DNA of 56,021 bases, the filler included, from Sphacelaria rigidula (Eukaryota): NCBI GenBank assembly GCA_964200075.2. It is 2 parts of 2 records of this genome, joined end to end, with 100 filler letters (N's around TTAATTAATTAA, not from the genome) between each part and the next. Parts side by side here need not be neighbours in the genome. Positions count along the whole stretch, not along the records: positions 1 to 27,973 come from CAXNAA020000107.1; 1 more part is not named here. The stretch is one strand, 5' to 3'. The notes under the pieces are model-generated. The model worked only from the letters and a program-made list of their open reading frames with translations. It had not been told where the DNA came from and made no database searches. Both the position numbers and the translations under genes were made by a program. Position 1 is the stretch's first letter, and each line of letters opens with the position of its first letter. Shown piece after piece: positions 1-10,863 of this stretch.

Positions 1-72
1 GACGTAAAAGCTCCAAAAAACACATTTTTCCTGGTTTCTATTTTTGTATACTATAAGAAGCGGCCTCAAACC
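1..72. repeat. Partial arm of a dispersed fold-back repeat family (arm B), cut by the window edge
   Basis: GACGTAAAAGCTCCAA...TTTTCC...CTATAAGAAGCGGCCTCAAACCAG aligns by eye with 35907-35976. Reverse-complement arms lie at ~10510-10670 and ~35500-35640. Confidence 0.7.
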
Positions 73-261
73 AGTCACTTTCCTTGGGGCTATCGCGGCA
101 TCAGTCGGGGGCAGGCAAGCGCTCGTATACACAGACTAAAGGCTACCCCCTTCCCCGCTGAGAGATGTTTTCAGTAAAACAGAAATCTTGGCCGAAACTA
201 AAGCCTCTTTGCCCATCCACCAGGACAGACAACTGAATACTATATAATTCGACTTACGGTC

Positions 262-425
262 GACGAGGGAAAGGGACTGCTGAACCCCTCTCGCGATAAA
301 AAAATAAAGGCAAATAAAAAAGAAAAAGCTCCTGTGCAGACTTTCCTCCTATGTGACCCCGGCTGATGCGCCCACATACACCGAAAGATGTAGATTGGTG
401 CCCAGAATAAATGGGACGACAACAC
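262..425. repeat. Dispersed repeat, direct copy of 14867-15027
   Basis: Shared blocks occur in the same order in both copies: GACGAGGGAAA, CCCCTCTCGCGATAA, AAAGGCAA, AAAAAGCT, CCTATGTG, CCAGA(A/G)TAAATGGGAC(G/A)ACAACAC. Confidence 0.75.
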
Positions 426-1030
426 TGTCTTGTCTGTTTGTACGTACGAACCATGAGTGAGGGCGAAGGTGAAGTGGTACTGTTGTATTGGTCAAGGATC
501 CCTGTACCGACAATTTGAAGAATATCGCCAGAGTACAGACGAGTTCGAAAACCATTTATATATCAAATGAAAGCTGAGAGCAAGGGCTTTCGTTTGAACA
601 TCCGTTTGTCTGCTCCTATGAAGATGGGGTCGATAAATGCGGAGTTGAATATTCCTTGAAAATGCGGTGAAACTACGGAAGAGGGATTTCGACGACTAAA
701 AAATTCCATGGAGCAAAAAAACAGATCAATTTTGGAACCGCCGCGAAAAACGGGTTCTAGAAGGATTGGCCCGAAAAAGTGGTTCGTCTGTACAGAACCA
801 ATATTTTTCAAATTTTGAAATGCACTGTTTTGGCCACATCGGTAGGGGCACCGTTGCGGGACCATAGGGCTGGACGAGCTTACATCCAACATGTGCAGAG
901 CACCGTACCCGCTATGTATGCACTCAGTAAGTTGGCAGTTAACAGGTAAAGCCAATGGAAGTACCGTGTAGGTTTCCGGGCCTCATCCAGCAGCGAAAAA
1001 CAGCCGTTACTTTAGTGGAAGAGCAGGACA

Positions 1031-4000
1031 ATGTCGACTCTCACCGAGCGCGGCCGTGACGCTGCAGCAGAGCTTTTTGCTGTCGAGGGCATCTCACAGC
1101 GCAAACATGGATCGATCTTGCAGCAGCAGCAACGTCTTCGCATGACGAGACCCGGGAGGAGGCCGAGACGCCATCCAGCAGGCAGGACGGGAGATTGGTG
1201 TTCCCTGCTCCGGGCTCGCTCCTTGATCCCGGTATTGGGGGCAGTGAACGAAAGCTCAAGGGATGCGGTGGTGCGAGAGACGGTGGCGGCCGGCCGAAGG
1301 GGAGCGTGGGCAAGAAGGCCGCACGACAGCGAGCGTTGGACCTGCGAAAGCAACTTGTACGGGCCATGCCCCAAGCTTTCGAGCTCTCTTCTCGGAGTCT
1401 GGAGGAAGCCTTGGCGGTGTGGAAGGAGATCGCGCCAGAGTTAGCTCAAAAGGCGAGTAAGAGGTTCCTGAACAAGGGCTACAACAAATCCCAAGCGCGG
1501 AAGAAGCTTCGGCTTGCTCGCGACAAGGAAGCCAGTACGGTTATGTGGGACATCGCGGCGCACGACTTTCGGGCGGAGTTGCTGACGTACTTCGAGAAGG
1601 TCAGGAAAGATGCTGGCGTCAACATCAGCGCAGCGGCGTCGGAAGAAGAAGTGAGTGATCGATCTGTCCAACAATTTACTGTATTCTAGGCCTGCATATT
1701 TTGTTGCGCTTAAATTTACTGCAGCAGCAGCAGCAGCAGCAGCAGCAGCTTATCAACCGTTTTCACTACCCTGCGGAACAATAGCCGGCACTGACATAAT
1801 TGGTGCCGTTCAACTTGAACCGTTGTACAATCCACAAACGCCTCTGCAGATGAGGGTTGAAACTGTAGTTTATATTGAGCTTGTTCGCCAACAGCAAGCA
1901 TAATTTCAAAAGGCTGAAGTGTTGAGTTCCCGCTGGCACGTTCCCGTTGACATTCAGCAGGCACCTTCTCCGGAGACCAGCCTGTCGAACCGTCAGTGGG
2001 GAGAGATAGCCATACACGCCCTTACCTTAGGGGCGCTGTACCGGCAACAAAACGAAGGAGTCGACCGCAATACCGCCCTACAGGTGGCGGCAGAGGCGGC
2101 GTTTTGTACCCCAGAGACCGTGCGGGAGTGGGAGAGAAGCTTCCTTGTACGCGGCCACATCAAGGTGGCCGCGCTTGGGCGCTGGCAGCGAAACTTCATC
2201 TTGTCTCTCGACGACGGCCTCCTTACCAAATGTAAGCACTGGATTCGCGCCAACGGCGGAATACCAACGGCGGAATGCTGTCTGGGGAGGCGAATAAGAC
2301 AGCAGAGGACTTCCGCCAGTTCTTCAACAAGGATATCGTGCCCGAGCTTGAGGAGCTGAAGACGGACACCTTCGATCCGTTCAAGGGGCTATGTATCAGC
2401 AAGGTGGAAGTGGAAGGCAAGCCAAGCCAGCGGTAGATCTCGCTTTGGACTGCAACGGCATGGCTCAAGAAGTTGGGATGCGAGTACCACAGCGGCAAGG
2501 GCGGTCTCTATTTCGACGGCCACGACAAGGAGGAGGTACTTGAGTATCGCAACGACATCCATCTGCCCGCGTTGTTTGGTACTCGCGACCACATGAACGT
2601 GTGGATCAAGATGGACGCTGCTGAGGCGAAGACTTGGGGCGTAGATTCTTCGACAGTGGCGGATTCGGATAAGACCGAAGATGGCGGCATTTGGGTGTGC
2701 GTCGACGATTTGCAGCTACTGCAGTGCGAGCTACCGGATGCTTTGCAAGAAAGGGTCACGAGCAAGCTCAAGTACGTCGACGGCAAGACGGCACTTCTCT
2801 GCTATCATGACGAGAGCATTTTCAGAGGTGAAAACGAGGGGGGTAAATATCTGAGACTTTCGAAGAAAGACATGAAAGCACTTCAATATTATTGTTCGAA
2901 TACAATGCAGTTACTCACGTCCTTCAAGTTGAGGACCTCGAAAGGCTTGACTTCCGGCACAGACAATATAAAAGCTTTTACGGTGGTGTCGGGTAATGCT
3001 TTCTGAGCGAATTTGTCTTTCTCTCTGTCCCCGTTCCCTCATGCGCTTTCCTCGATGGACAACAGTCAATAATGGGCCTGGTGGACCAAAGACATGCATG
3101 TCATGAAGAAGAAGTCGCCAGGATGGGGGATCATGGTGTCCGGGATCATCGTCCACAACGTCGGCTTCGTATCGGCAACACCGGAGAAGATCAAGGAGGC
3201 TGAGAAGATCCGCAAGAATCGATGCGCCGCTTCAGCGGCTGCGGCTCGCCGAGGAGAGAACGTGAAGGAGGAGAAGTATCGCGGCATCGACAAGGTGTAC
3301 GTCGATAGTGCTGGGGATTCGTGGTCGTGCCACCTCTTCGAGTACGGCAAGAACAAGGACGGGTATTGGACCGGCCTCAAGATGCTGGACCATATGGCAG
3401 ACGTCCTTGACATGCTTGTTGTCCTGTACCCCAACTGCAAACCGGTCGGCCTCTTTGATTGGTCGTTTTGCCATGACTGCTTGGCAGAAGGCGCACCAAC
3501 TGTGGCGAGGATGAACGTTGGCGTCGGTGGTAAGAGGAAGGGGGAGGAGCTTGCCTTCATGGATGCCGTCACTCTTCGTGAAAAAAAAACTCGGCTCGAG
3601 CAGGGTACGGTGCAGCACCTGGTCTTTCAAGCGAACGACCCCCCCCCCCCCCCTTTTTCGCTCAACATCTTGAGCCGGCGGAGTATGCCGGGAAGCTGAA
3701 GGGGATGCGGCAGACCCTGTGGGAGAGGGGGCTCCTAGTGGAAGGGATGGCGAAGAATGGGGGGAAGGAGAAGGGCCTCGGCAAGAGCATGGAGCATGTT
3801 CTGGGACAGCAGCTGGATTGCAAGGAAGTAAATCCAACCTCGAGCTACTAATGCTGCGCCACGGCGGGACCTGCCTAATGCTCCCGGAGTATCACTGCGA
3901 GTGCAATCCCATGAAGCTCGTTTGGGGCCGCGCAAAGTGCTGGACACGGGAGCACTGCAGCTACTCCTTGGAGGCACTGCGGAAGGATGTGCCGTTGAGC

Positions 4001-4174
4001 TTTAGAGCGGAGGACGACAGGCACTCCGTTGCGGTCGTGTAGAGTTACTGTAGAAGGGCGTACACGCACGACCTTGTTTATGAGAAGACTAGTGCCGTAG
4101 GATCTGAGGGGGAGGAGCCCTTTAAGATTTACAAGTCGCACCGTCTCCCTGCACCGTCCGAGTACAAGCTGTGA
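1031..4174 (+). pseudogene. Disabled DDE transposase with two spliceosomal introns
   Basis: Motifs in order: ISLWTATAWLKKLG, LYFDGHDKEEV, CYHDESIF (D1), KKKSPGWGIMVSG, FEYGKNKDGYW, GLFDWSFCH (D2, 3457), MLPEYHCECNPMKLVWG (K at the expected catalytic E, 3914), C-terminal IYKSHR, stop at 4172-4174. Intron 1651-1960 (GTGAGT...CAG) joins two ORFs in phase 0; intron 2828-3065 follows HDESIFR. Lesions: TAG at 2434 and frameshifts near 1100, 2270, 3070 and the poly-C run at ~3640. Confidence 0.85.
1721..1749. repeat. (GCA)n microsatellite inside transposase intron 1
   Basis: Nine GCA units plus GC, read directly. Confidence 0.95.
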
Positions 4175-5166
4175 CGCGTGTCCAAGCCCAAACCAGTCTG
4201 TAACTCATTTATGTGCTCTTTGGGCGTTCATGTAGCCACAAGGTTGGGCATGCCTGCAGTTTCGTTACTGTTTTACGCCCTTTTTTGTGTTGCTTTCTCC
4301 TTATTTCGAGCTTTTCCCGAATTTTTTGGTGATGAATGAGTTGGTGCCCTGCGTGCAAGTGTTTACTGATGCCCGGGCGGCCCTTGGCAATGCGCCCGAC
4401 AGGAGTTCAGCGAATACATGACATGAAATTCATGATAAAAGTTCACACTTGCAGTTTTCGAAGTTTTGGAGAGAAAGGAAAGAAAGGAGATATATCGCCA
4501 CGGTCAGGGGTTCAAGATCGACCCTGGTCGTTTTTTTTTTTACTTCAGAAAGCTCGTTTCTCTTGAAGCCTCTGCGATGGGCTCTCAAAAGTTACGGAGG
4601 GTCAATTGTATCGGGGTCCTTGACCAATATACCACCGTAAGAGGTAGTATCATTGTGGTGACTCTTTTATTACTTTGATTCAAAGGGAGCTTGATATCTG
4701 TCGGATGAATAGCCGCTGCTCCTCTTCAAACGACTGACGAAGAGCGCGATTTTTGATTACTGGGGGAGCAACGACATGTTGTGGCGGGTGTCGCAACTAT
4801 CATCTCATGTGTTGTGAAATATCCACTGCCTCATGATGGAGTAATAAATTGAACTGCAGCACCCATTTCTCGCTACACCGGCGGTCATTGCACGGTTTTC
4901 ACAAAACAAGTTGGACCCATTTATCGCGAGGTCCTTTTCGCGTTACTTATTGAAACGCCGAAAATGATATTCATCAGATAGATTAATGGTATACACTGGA
5001 AACAACAGCTTTAAGAACAGCGTACTTTCAAAAATGGGGTTCAAAAGCAAAACATTGATTGTCCTGAAATCTCCAAACCAATTGTGACAACCGACTTTTC
5101 GGACTGGAAACTCCTCAATCAATAATCGTATTTGTTGATGCGTTCTTTTTGTATTGGCTTCCACCA

Positions 5167-5278
5167 ACTCTATACGCCCGCAGCGCTGAGCGAAAGCGAC
5201 TTGCGTTGCTGAATGAATCCCCTCAAAAACGAGACAAAAAAGAGGAGATTTCGCTCAGCGCTGTGGGCGTACAGAGTA
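5167..5278. repeat. Inverted repeat (hairpin), ~29-bp arms
   Basis: ACTCTATACGCCCGCAGCGCTGAGCGAAA pairs with TTTCGCTCAGCGCTGTGGGCGTACAGAGT (2 differences) around a ~50-nt loop. Confidence 0.85.
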
Positions 5279-6141
5279 CGTGGGAGGGAGTCGATAAAAG
5301 GCGAATATCCACGATCGAGGGGCACCAGGTCGGAAAACAAGGTCATGGGCCACAATCAGCTGCATACTCTCACTTCTAGTCCTATCCCTTCCTCAAGACG
5401 AGTCTGTGATGTCGGGGTATCAACCTCTCCCCCGGCGCATACCTCACATTTTGGTATCCCCGAGTGGATCGACACTCCCGCACCACGTCGGCTGTCATCT
5501 AACAAAGCTAGTCGAGCATACTCTCTTGGCTACTCAAATACTTCCTCACGCTTTCAACGATGAAAATCATATATTTTTGAAAGAAAAGTCAAGCTATTGT
5601 AGACGCATCTGGCGGGAACCCAACCAGCATTTATTCCCGCCAAAATTGTGTCAATTATACTACTAGACCACCAGAGCGGCGGCTGGGAACAGGTTTGGGA
5701 ATGCGTTGTTTCAGGGCAGAACCCCATGTTTGTGGCGAACCTCGTTTGTTCAAATGAATTCAATTAAAAAAAACTCCCGGGAAATGTCAGGTTCAGCCTC
5801 GACTACTAGACGCAGTCGCATCGACGCCACTGACAATGAGGGACTGGAAACAAGACACAAGAAAAGAAATCAGACAAATGACCAGAGCCACAACGCCACA
5901 ACACCACGGGGTGTTCTTGTGAAGGGAAAAAACAATCGCAGCGGAACCCAGGAGTACGGGCGATACACGTGCATAAGAGCACCCGCAAAACACTGAAACT
6001 ACTTCGTTTGATTTAATTTTGGGTGCAAGTATCCATCTTCAAACATATCTGCAATTGGTGGAACACCATACACACAGCGGATGCGCTAGTGCCACGCTAA
6101 ACAAAAAAAGAAACAAAAGAAGAACAATGCCAGGAACGGGA

Positions 6142-6201
6142 AACAGGAACATAAAGCAGGATCATGTATCTAACAGGAACATAAAGCAGCATCATATATC
6201 T
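6142..6201. repeat. 30-bp tandem duplication abutting the TIPIN stop codon
   Basis: AACAGGAACATAAAGCAG(G/C)ATCAT(G/A)TATCT occurs twice. Confidence 0.9.
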
Positions 6202-7636
6202 AAGGCTCGTTGGCGAATAGTCCAGCTATGGGCGACCGCAATGCTAGCGATGCTCCTTCGGCGGGAACATCGGTATTCGCCAACATTCGTCCAAGGGGCG
6301 ACATCGGCGCTCCGCCTGGTGCAGCTTTGCCGTTGTGAGAATGGCGGATGGGTGACGAATGTTCCGCGACGACCTCCCCTGACGTCATGCCAGCACCGCT
6401 GCTTTCCAGAAGTCCATTACTACCGTTTCCAGAGTGTTCTGTTGTAGTGCCGGGAGCCCTCGTCTCCTTGCACCTGTTCGGATCGTCCGTTCCCTCCCTT
6501 ACGGCCATCCTTGTCGGCGGAGCATTCGCCAAATGGGCGTCGTCTTGGTCGCTAGCAGCAGAGACACCTTCCACAGGTGACGTTGCCTGACCCACTGCGC
6601 CTTCGCTCGTTCGCGAGTTCTCCTCCTGCTCCGTCGCCGTGCCATCCGCATACACATCAGCTCTACCTTGTGCTGGCACTCCCGACTTGATGGCCATCTC
6701 ACTGGCACCGCTGTCGGGAGTGACAGTGTTAGCGGCAGACGCTTGCGGCATATCATGGGTCCCATCATCGCCATCGTGCATTGGTAACTCCTCCGTGTCA
6801 TGAGCCTCAACGAGGGTGTCGACAGGCGGAGGCGAAGCACCGGCGGAATCACTAGCGGCTACCTCGAGCGCCGCGGGGGCGACGGTTTCATCGATCAAGG
6901 TTTCAGTAGGCAACGATGAACTGCTGGATTGCATCAAGGTCGCCATTGGAGCGATGGTCTCTACGGAAGATTTTGTTTTTTTCGTAGCCGGTTCTCGTGC
7001 CTCCATCTCTGCAAGAACGGCCTCATCATCCTCAAAATCATCCCCTGTGCCCTGGTTGGGATCCACGTCCATAACGTCTTGCTCAGTCACTTCCTGGCTA
7101 CTGCTAGGTACTGAGCTCGACGCTGCAAACGGTCGCTTTTCTGGCAACACCTCCGCCCCCGTGGCAATAGCTGCCGCCTCCTCTTTCCTCTGCCGCAGCC
7201 GCTCCAGCGCGAGACGGCGGTTGGCTTCCATGCGTTCCCGAACCTCCGCTGATAACCCCCCCGCTGCGGACGCCGCGGGGCTCGATGCCGCTGCTCCATT
7301 TTCTGGCCCATCCACGTTAACATACCTGGTGAGCGTGGGCTGCACTTGCTCGTTCTCGGTGTCGCTTTGCTTCTGCGTGTTATGGGAATCGCTATCCTTG
7401 CTTTTCTTGACAGCTGCCGCTTTTTTCGCCCGGATGCTGTCCACCGCGGACCTGCCGAAGTCGGCCTCCACGACGCGATCCCTTTCCGTGTCGCGAAGCT
7501 CTTGCAAAAGGTTGCGCGTACGCTCCCTGCCCCCCAGCTTCTCCGTGCGACTGGCCAAGTCTTCAAATGCGAGGGAGGGGAAGAGCTGGTAACCCCACTC
7601 CTTGTAGGCGACCATTAAACCCCGCAAGAATTCTGC
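6200..7636 (-). CDS. TIPIN: TIMELESS-interacting protein (Swi3/Csm3 family, replication fork protection), terminal exon; 5' exons not located
   Basis: Acceptor TTCAG|GCA at 7637/7636, with a branch-like CTGAC upstream. The exon begins AEFLRGLMVAYKEWGYQLFPSLAFEDLASRTEKLGG, the C-terminal half of the Swi3 domain. It also contains LSAEVRERMEANRRLALERLRQRK, resembling the RPA32-binding helix of TIPIN/SMARCAL1/UNG2, then a long acidic disordered tail and TAG at 6202-6200. Confidence 0.85.
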   Translation of the reverse strand, partial: AEFLRGLMVAYKEWGYQLFPSLAFEDLASRTEKLGGRERTRNLLQELRDTERDRVVEADFGRSAVDSIRAKKAAAVKKSKDSDSHNTQKQSDTENEQVQPTLTRYVNVDGPENGAAASSPAASAAGGLSAEVRERMEANRRLALERLRQRKEEAAAIATGAEVLPEKRPFAASSSVPSSSQEVTEQDVMDVDPNQGTGDDFEDDEAVLAEMEAREPATKKTKSSVETIAPMATLMQSSSSSLPTETLIDETVAPAALEVAASDSAGASPPPVDTLVEAHDTEELPMHDGDDGTHDMPQASAANTVTPDSGASEMAIKSGVPAQGRADVYADGTATEQEENSRTSEGAVGQATSPVEGVSAASDQDDAHLANAPPTRMAVREGTDDPNRCKETRAPGTTTEHSGNGSNGLLESSGAGMTSGEVVAEHSSPIRHSHNGKAAPGGAPMSPLGRMLANTDVPAEGASLALRSPIAGLFANEP

Positions 7637-8319
7637 CTGAACGTGGATAACATATTGAAAAGGAGATTGATGTGTCAGTCAAACGAAAAACCGCACGGGA
7701 CAAAGAAAGCGAGCTTCGTCAGAGAGTCCGTTGGAAGAGGTGAATGCAGCGAACAGCAACGAGGATTCATCCCGCCGTTTCGATTGGACCGTGTCGAAAG
7801 TAGCATGCCACTGTATTCGTTGAGGTTGAGCAATCAAGCGTCGAGAACACGACAATGAGACGCTACCGAGCGTAGTGAGCATCGGCACTGTCACGCGAGG
7901 CGTGATCAAACGGTGAGCTGTCCTCACAGGCCCAGATCCCATTACAGTGCATGCCAGTTCCCACTTTGTATTTGTCTAGCAACAATGCAGGACGTGTGAA
8001 TTTCGACGCAACTGGACTGGACTGGTTGCAAGTGCGTAACGTAATAATTGCCAAGGAAAATCACTGAATGCACAAAGCGGCATGCATATACGGACAATCT
8101 ACACACAAACAGACGGTCAACCGGAGCGCGGGCAATATAGCGGGTACTCTATTCCTTCTCAAGACCTTTTGGTTACTTGGATGTCACGCCCATGCCATAC
8201 ATTGCGTAGCCCTACACGGTAGCTCCCCACAAAAGCGAACACTCAATGGGTCATGTGGTAAAGGTGACACGTGCACAGAGCGGTAGTAGGTGGTACTGAC
8301 ATGGTAGGGTGTTGTGAAA

Positions 8320-8645
8320 ACAACATGAGTACCTGGAGACTACCGCGCCACAACACGTCGGATACTGCGCAATTGTCAGCATTACGAAATGTACTCGGGA
8401 TTACCTGCAGTCCAATCACGGGTAACTTGAGTTGTCGATGGTTCGAGTATTCTGGGGGACTCAGTACTGTTGGCGGTCGCTACTCCAGGTACTCTGGATT
8501 ACCCAATATTGTTGGCAGGCAGTATTTTGGGGTACTCAGGAGTAGTCAATATTTTCGGCAGCAGATACTCCAGGTACTCTGCGATAACCAGTGCTATCGG
8601 CGGTCGTTACTCCACATCTGAGTATTTCGGCCGTCGATAACTAAG
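8320..8645. repeat. Degenerate ~42-bp minisatellite, cluster 1 (both orientations)
   Basis: Units resemble GCAGTCGATACTCCAGGTACTCTGGAATACCCAGTATTTT. Reverse-oriented units come first, forward units after ~8470. Confidence 0.7.
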
Positions 8646-9117
8646 GCGCCAGATGCCCTGCGCCCTACTAGAAGTTGCATGTATATCACCGACAGGGTTT
8701 ACCCGACCACCCAAGCTGTGTGCTGCTGCATTGCCGCTGCCCATATACCTGCCCGATTTGCACGCTCCGGCAGTCTACTGCACTGACTGGAAACTTGGTA
8801 TCGAGGAGTGCTTTGTGCTGTCCATTGTAGTGAGTTTGCTTACCACATCAGTGCACACGGTACTACACTTCGGTGTATTGCCCAGGATTATGGGTTTGTT
8901 GATGAAATTGATGTTGGGAGCAAGTCTGGAGTTTCGCGTGGGTTCTACCGACTATTGCAAGATGGATTTTGATGTGGCCCCGCGCTATAGACAGTACCAC
9001 AAGCGGTATCACCCCGATGTCCACCCACCTCGATAAGTATCTACATTTTCTTACGGTACATCCACTGTACTGTACTCAGTACATGTTATTATCCATCATT
9101 CACAGGGGTGCGTACTT

Positions 9118-9384
9118 GACGATACTCCGAACCAGTCAGTATTTTTGGCAGTCGATAATACACGTGCCCGGGAATACTTACTAGGAATGATGCAATACGC
9201 TACGTGCTGTGGGTTATCCAGTGTTTTTCGCAGTCGATACTCATATATACTCCGGAATAATCAGTATTTTGAAGGATTCAATACTCCTGTACCTCTGGAA
9301 TACCCGATATTTTTTACATTCGATAGTCTTACTGTTATGGAGATACTAGGATATGGCGTATTTTCTGCAGTCGATACTCCAGGT
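9118..9384 (+). repeat. Degenerate ~42-bp minisatellite, cluster 2
   Basis: About six tandem units marked by GCAGTCGATA(C/A)T...CAGT(A/G)TTTT. Confidence 0.75.
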
Positions 9385-10509
9385 TGGTGATGCTGATCGT
9401 GTGTAGAGTTTCGATGTATCCTATCGTATACCTAAGCCGAAAAGTGTTTGATATTTCGATTCGATACTTCCATACGATGTCTTGTCGACCACGTCACACG
9501 GCACATGCCACACACATGACAGGCGACACCACACGAGCACATGGGCACGAGCACATACACGTCTTGCGCCATACGGCAGGTCCTGACGAATAAGGCACGC
9601 CTTACTTTTTGCCTTAGAACTCATTTTCAGTAAACGGTTGCCTGAGGCGGCAGTAGTTGCCTGAACCACTCCTATCTTTCCAAGGCGCACAGAGGCAAGC
9701 ATAAAATAATGCCGTTAGACGAGAACTCCCCAAAACCGGGGGCTAGGGGACACAAGTACCTCATAACCGTGACCATAACTCTCGGAGGGGCTCCTACGCT
9801 TTGGTCGTAAGAAACGTTGACAGGGGGTTCTCGAAGGTTATGATTTTGAACTAATGCTAACCCTGACCCCGACCAAGGCATATGAGAGCCCTCGGGAAAG
9901 GCGGGTGCAAAGGTTGCTCTACGCAAAGTATGCGTTGGTAGGCCTCGAATCGGCGCCTGCACCGATTTGGACAAAACAGGTTGTGGGCAACATGAGAGCA
10001 CTTGGAACAATCAATCACTTTAAAATCGCACTATTGGTGTACGCTCTGAAATAGAATAATCAACAGTAGTCTTGCGATCCATACGTTGAGCTTTACTGAA
10101 TCCTTGGCATGTCATGCATGAAGTAGGGCATTCAAGGCATGAAGGGCGTGTAAGGCAAATGCATGCAGTTGCCATACCCCTAAAATATTTCGCCTGCGGC
10201 CGACCTTGCTGCGCATGCCTCACATCAAAGAGCCAGAGTGGGATGTAGTTTTGAGTCCACAGTTGTGTGTACAACTACATATGAAAATGGAGGGGTGGCA
10301 GCAGTGACGAAGAATAAAAGGGAAGCTGGGCAGTTAGTGTTCATACATCATTTAGAGTCGTAATTGACTGTACCGTGGTCGTATCATATTGGCTGGTCTC
10401 GATACTGCCGCCGGTTCGGCCATGTTGTCCACCAGCCAGAGCTTCAGACAGGCCGTACATCACGCCGGGGGGCGTGTGCCGCAGCAAGGTCCCCTCGCCT
10501 CAATAACTT

Positions 10510-10672
10510 TTTCTCGCCTAGGGCCGTTTCTCATGGCAAACAAAAAATGAAATCTGGAAAACTGACGTTTTTGGACCTTCTGTGTCTTTCTACAGCATAA
10601 GAGGGAGCTGGCCGGATTTGACACCTTTGAATGCCTTGCTCTACTCATTGAGACGGTACCAGCACACTTACA
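10510..10672. repeat. Solo copy of fold-back arm B
   Basis: AATCTGGAAAA...TTGACACCTT(T/G)GAATGCCTTGCT(C/G)TACTC(A/G)TTGAGACGG...CAGCACAC matches 35510-35637 in direct orientation. Confidence 0.8.
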
Positions 10673-10727
10673 CTCACGCCATCCTCCAGAAAACGGCACA
10701 TAAGCGAAGGGCAGGATACAAAATACA

Positions 10728-10863
10728 CGGGAGTATTCTGGTGTACCAAGTATTCCACCTGTAGATACTCCAGGTACTACGATATTCTCAGTTTTGGCAG
10801 TCGATACTCTGCTTACCCTGGAGTACCGGTTACTCCAAATACCCTGAGAACCCAGGGTACCTC
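10728..10863 (+). repeat. Degenerate ~42-bp minisatellite, cluster 3
   Basis: Contains GATACTCCAGGTACT and TTTTGGCAGTCGATACTC, as in clusters 1 and 2. Confidence 0.7.

Larger units (their letters stand above)
488..4627 (+). mobile_element. IS630/Tc1/mariner-superfamily-like DNA transposon, decayed, both ends retained
   Basis: The left end TA|TTGGTCAAGGATCCC (TA at 486-487) is the inverted match of the right end GGGGTCCTTGACCAA|TA (TA at 4628-4629), with weaker similarity further in (ACAATT). This gives a TA target-site duplication around a disabled DDE transposase. Confidence 0.85.

Noticed and set aside
488-4627. Fanzor/TnpB cargo in the DNA transposon
   Set aside because: All coding segments are accounted for by one spliced transposase; I saw no RuvC or zinc-ribbon motifs, and only ~450 bp follow the stop.
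4690-4860. snRNA or snoRNA (Sm-site-like GATTTTTGA)
   Set aside because: No U1/U2/U4/U5 signature sequences or convincing box C/D pair with a terminal stem.
6816-7592. 258-aa plus-strand ORF and other overlapping ORFs
   Set aside because: They are antisense shadows of the GC-rich TIPIN exon with no recognisable motifs.
9760-9840. TIPIN upstream exon ending GHGYE|GT
   Set aside because: There is an in-frame stop 27 codons upstream, no convincing acceptor, and the sequence looks like a degenerate TAACCC-type repeat.
8320-10863. CRISPR-like array (palindromic repeats at regular spacing)
   Set aside because: Units are degenerate over their whole length, there are no unique spacers or cas genes, and the context is eukaryotic; it is a minisatellite.
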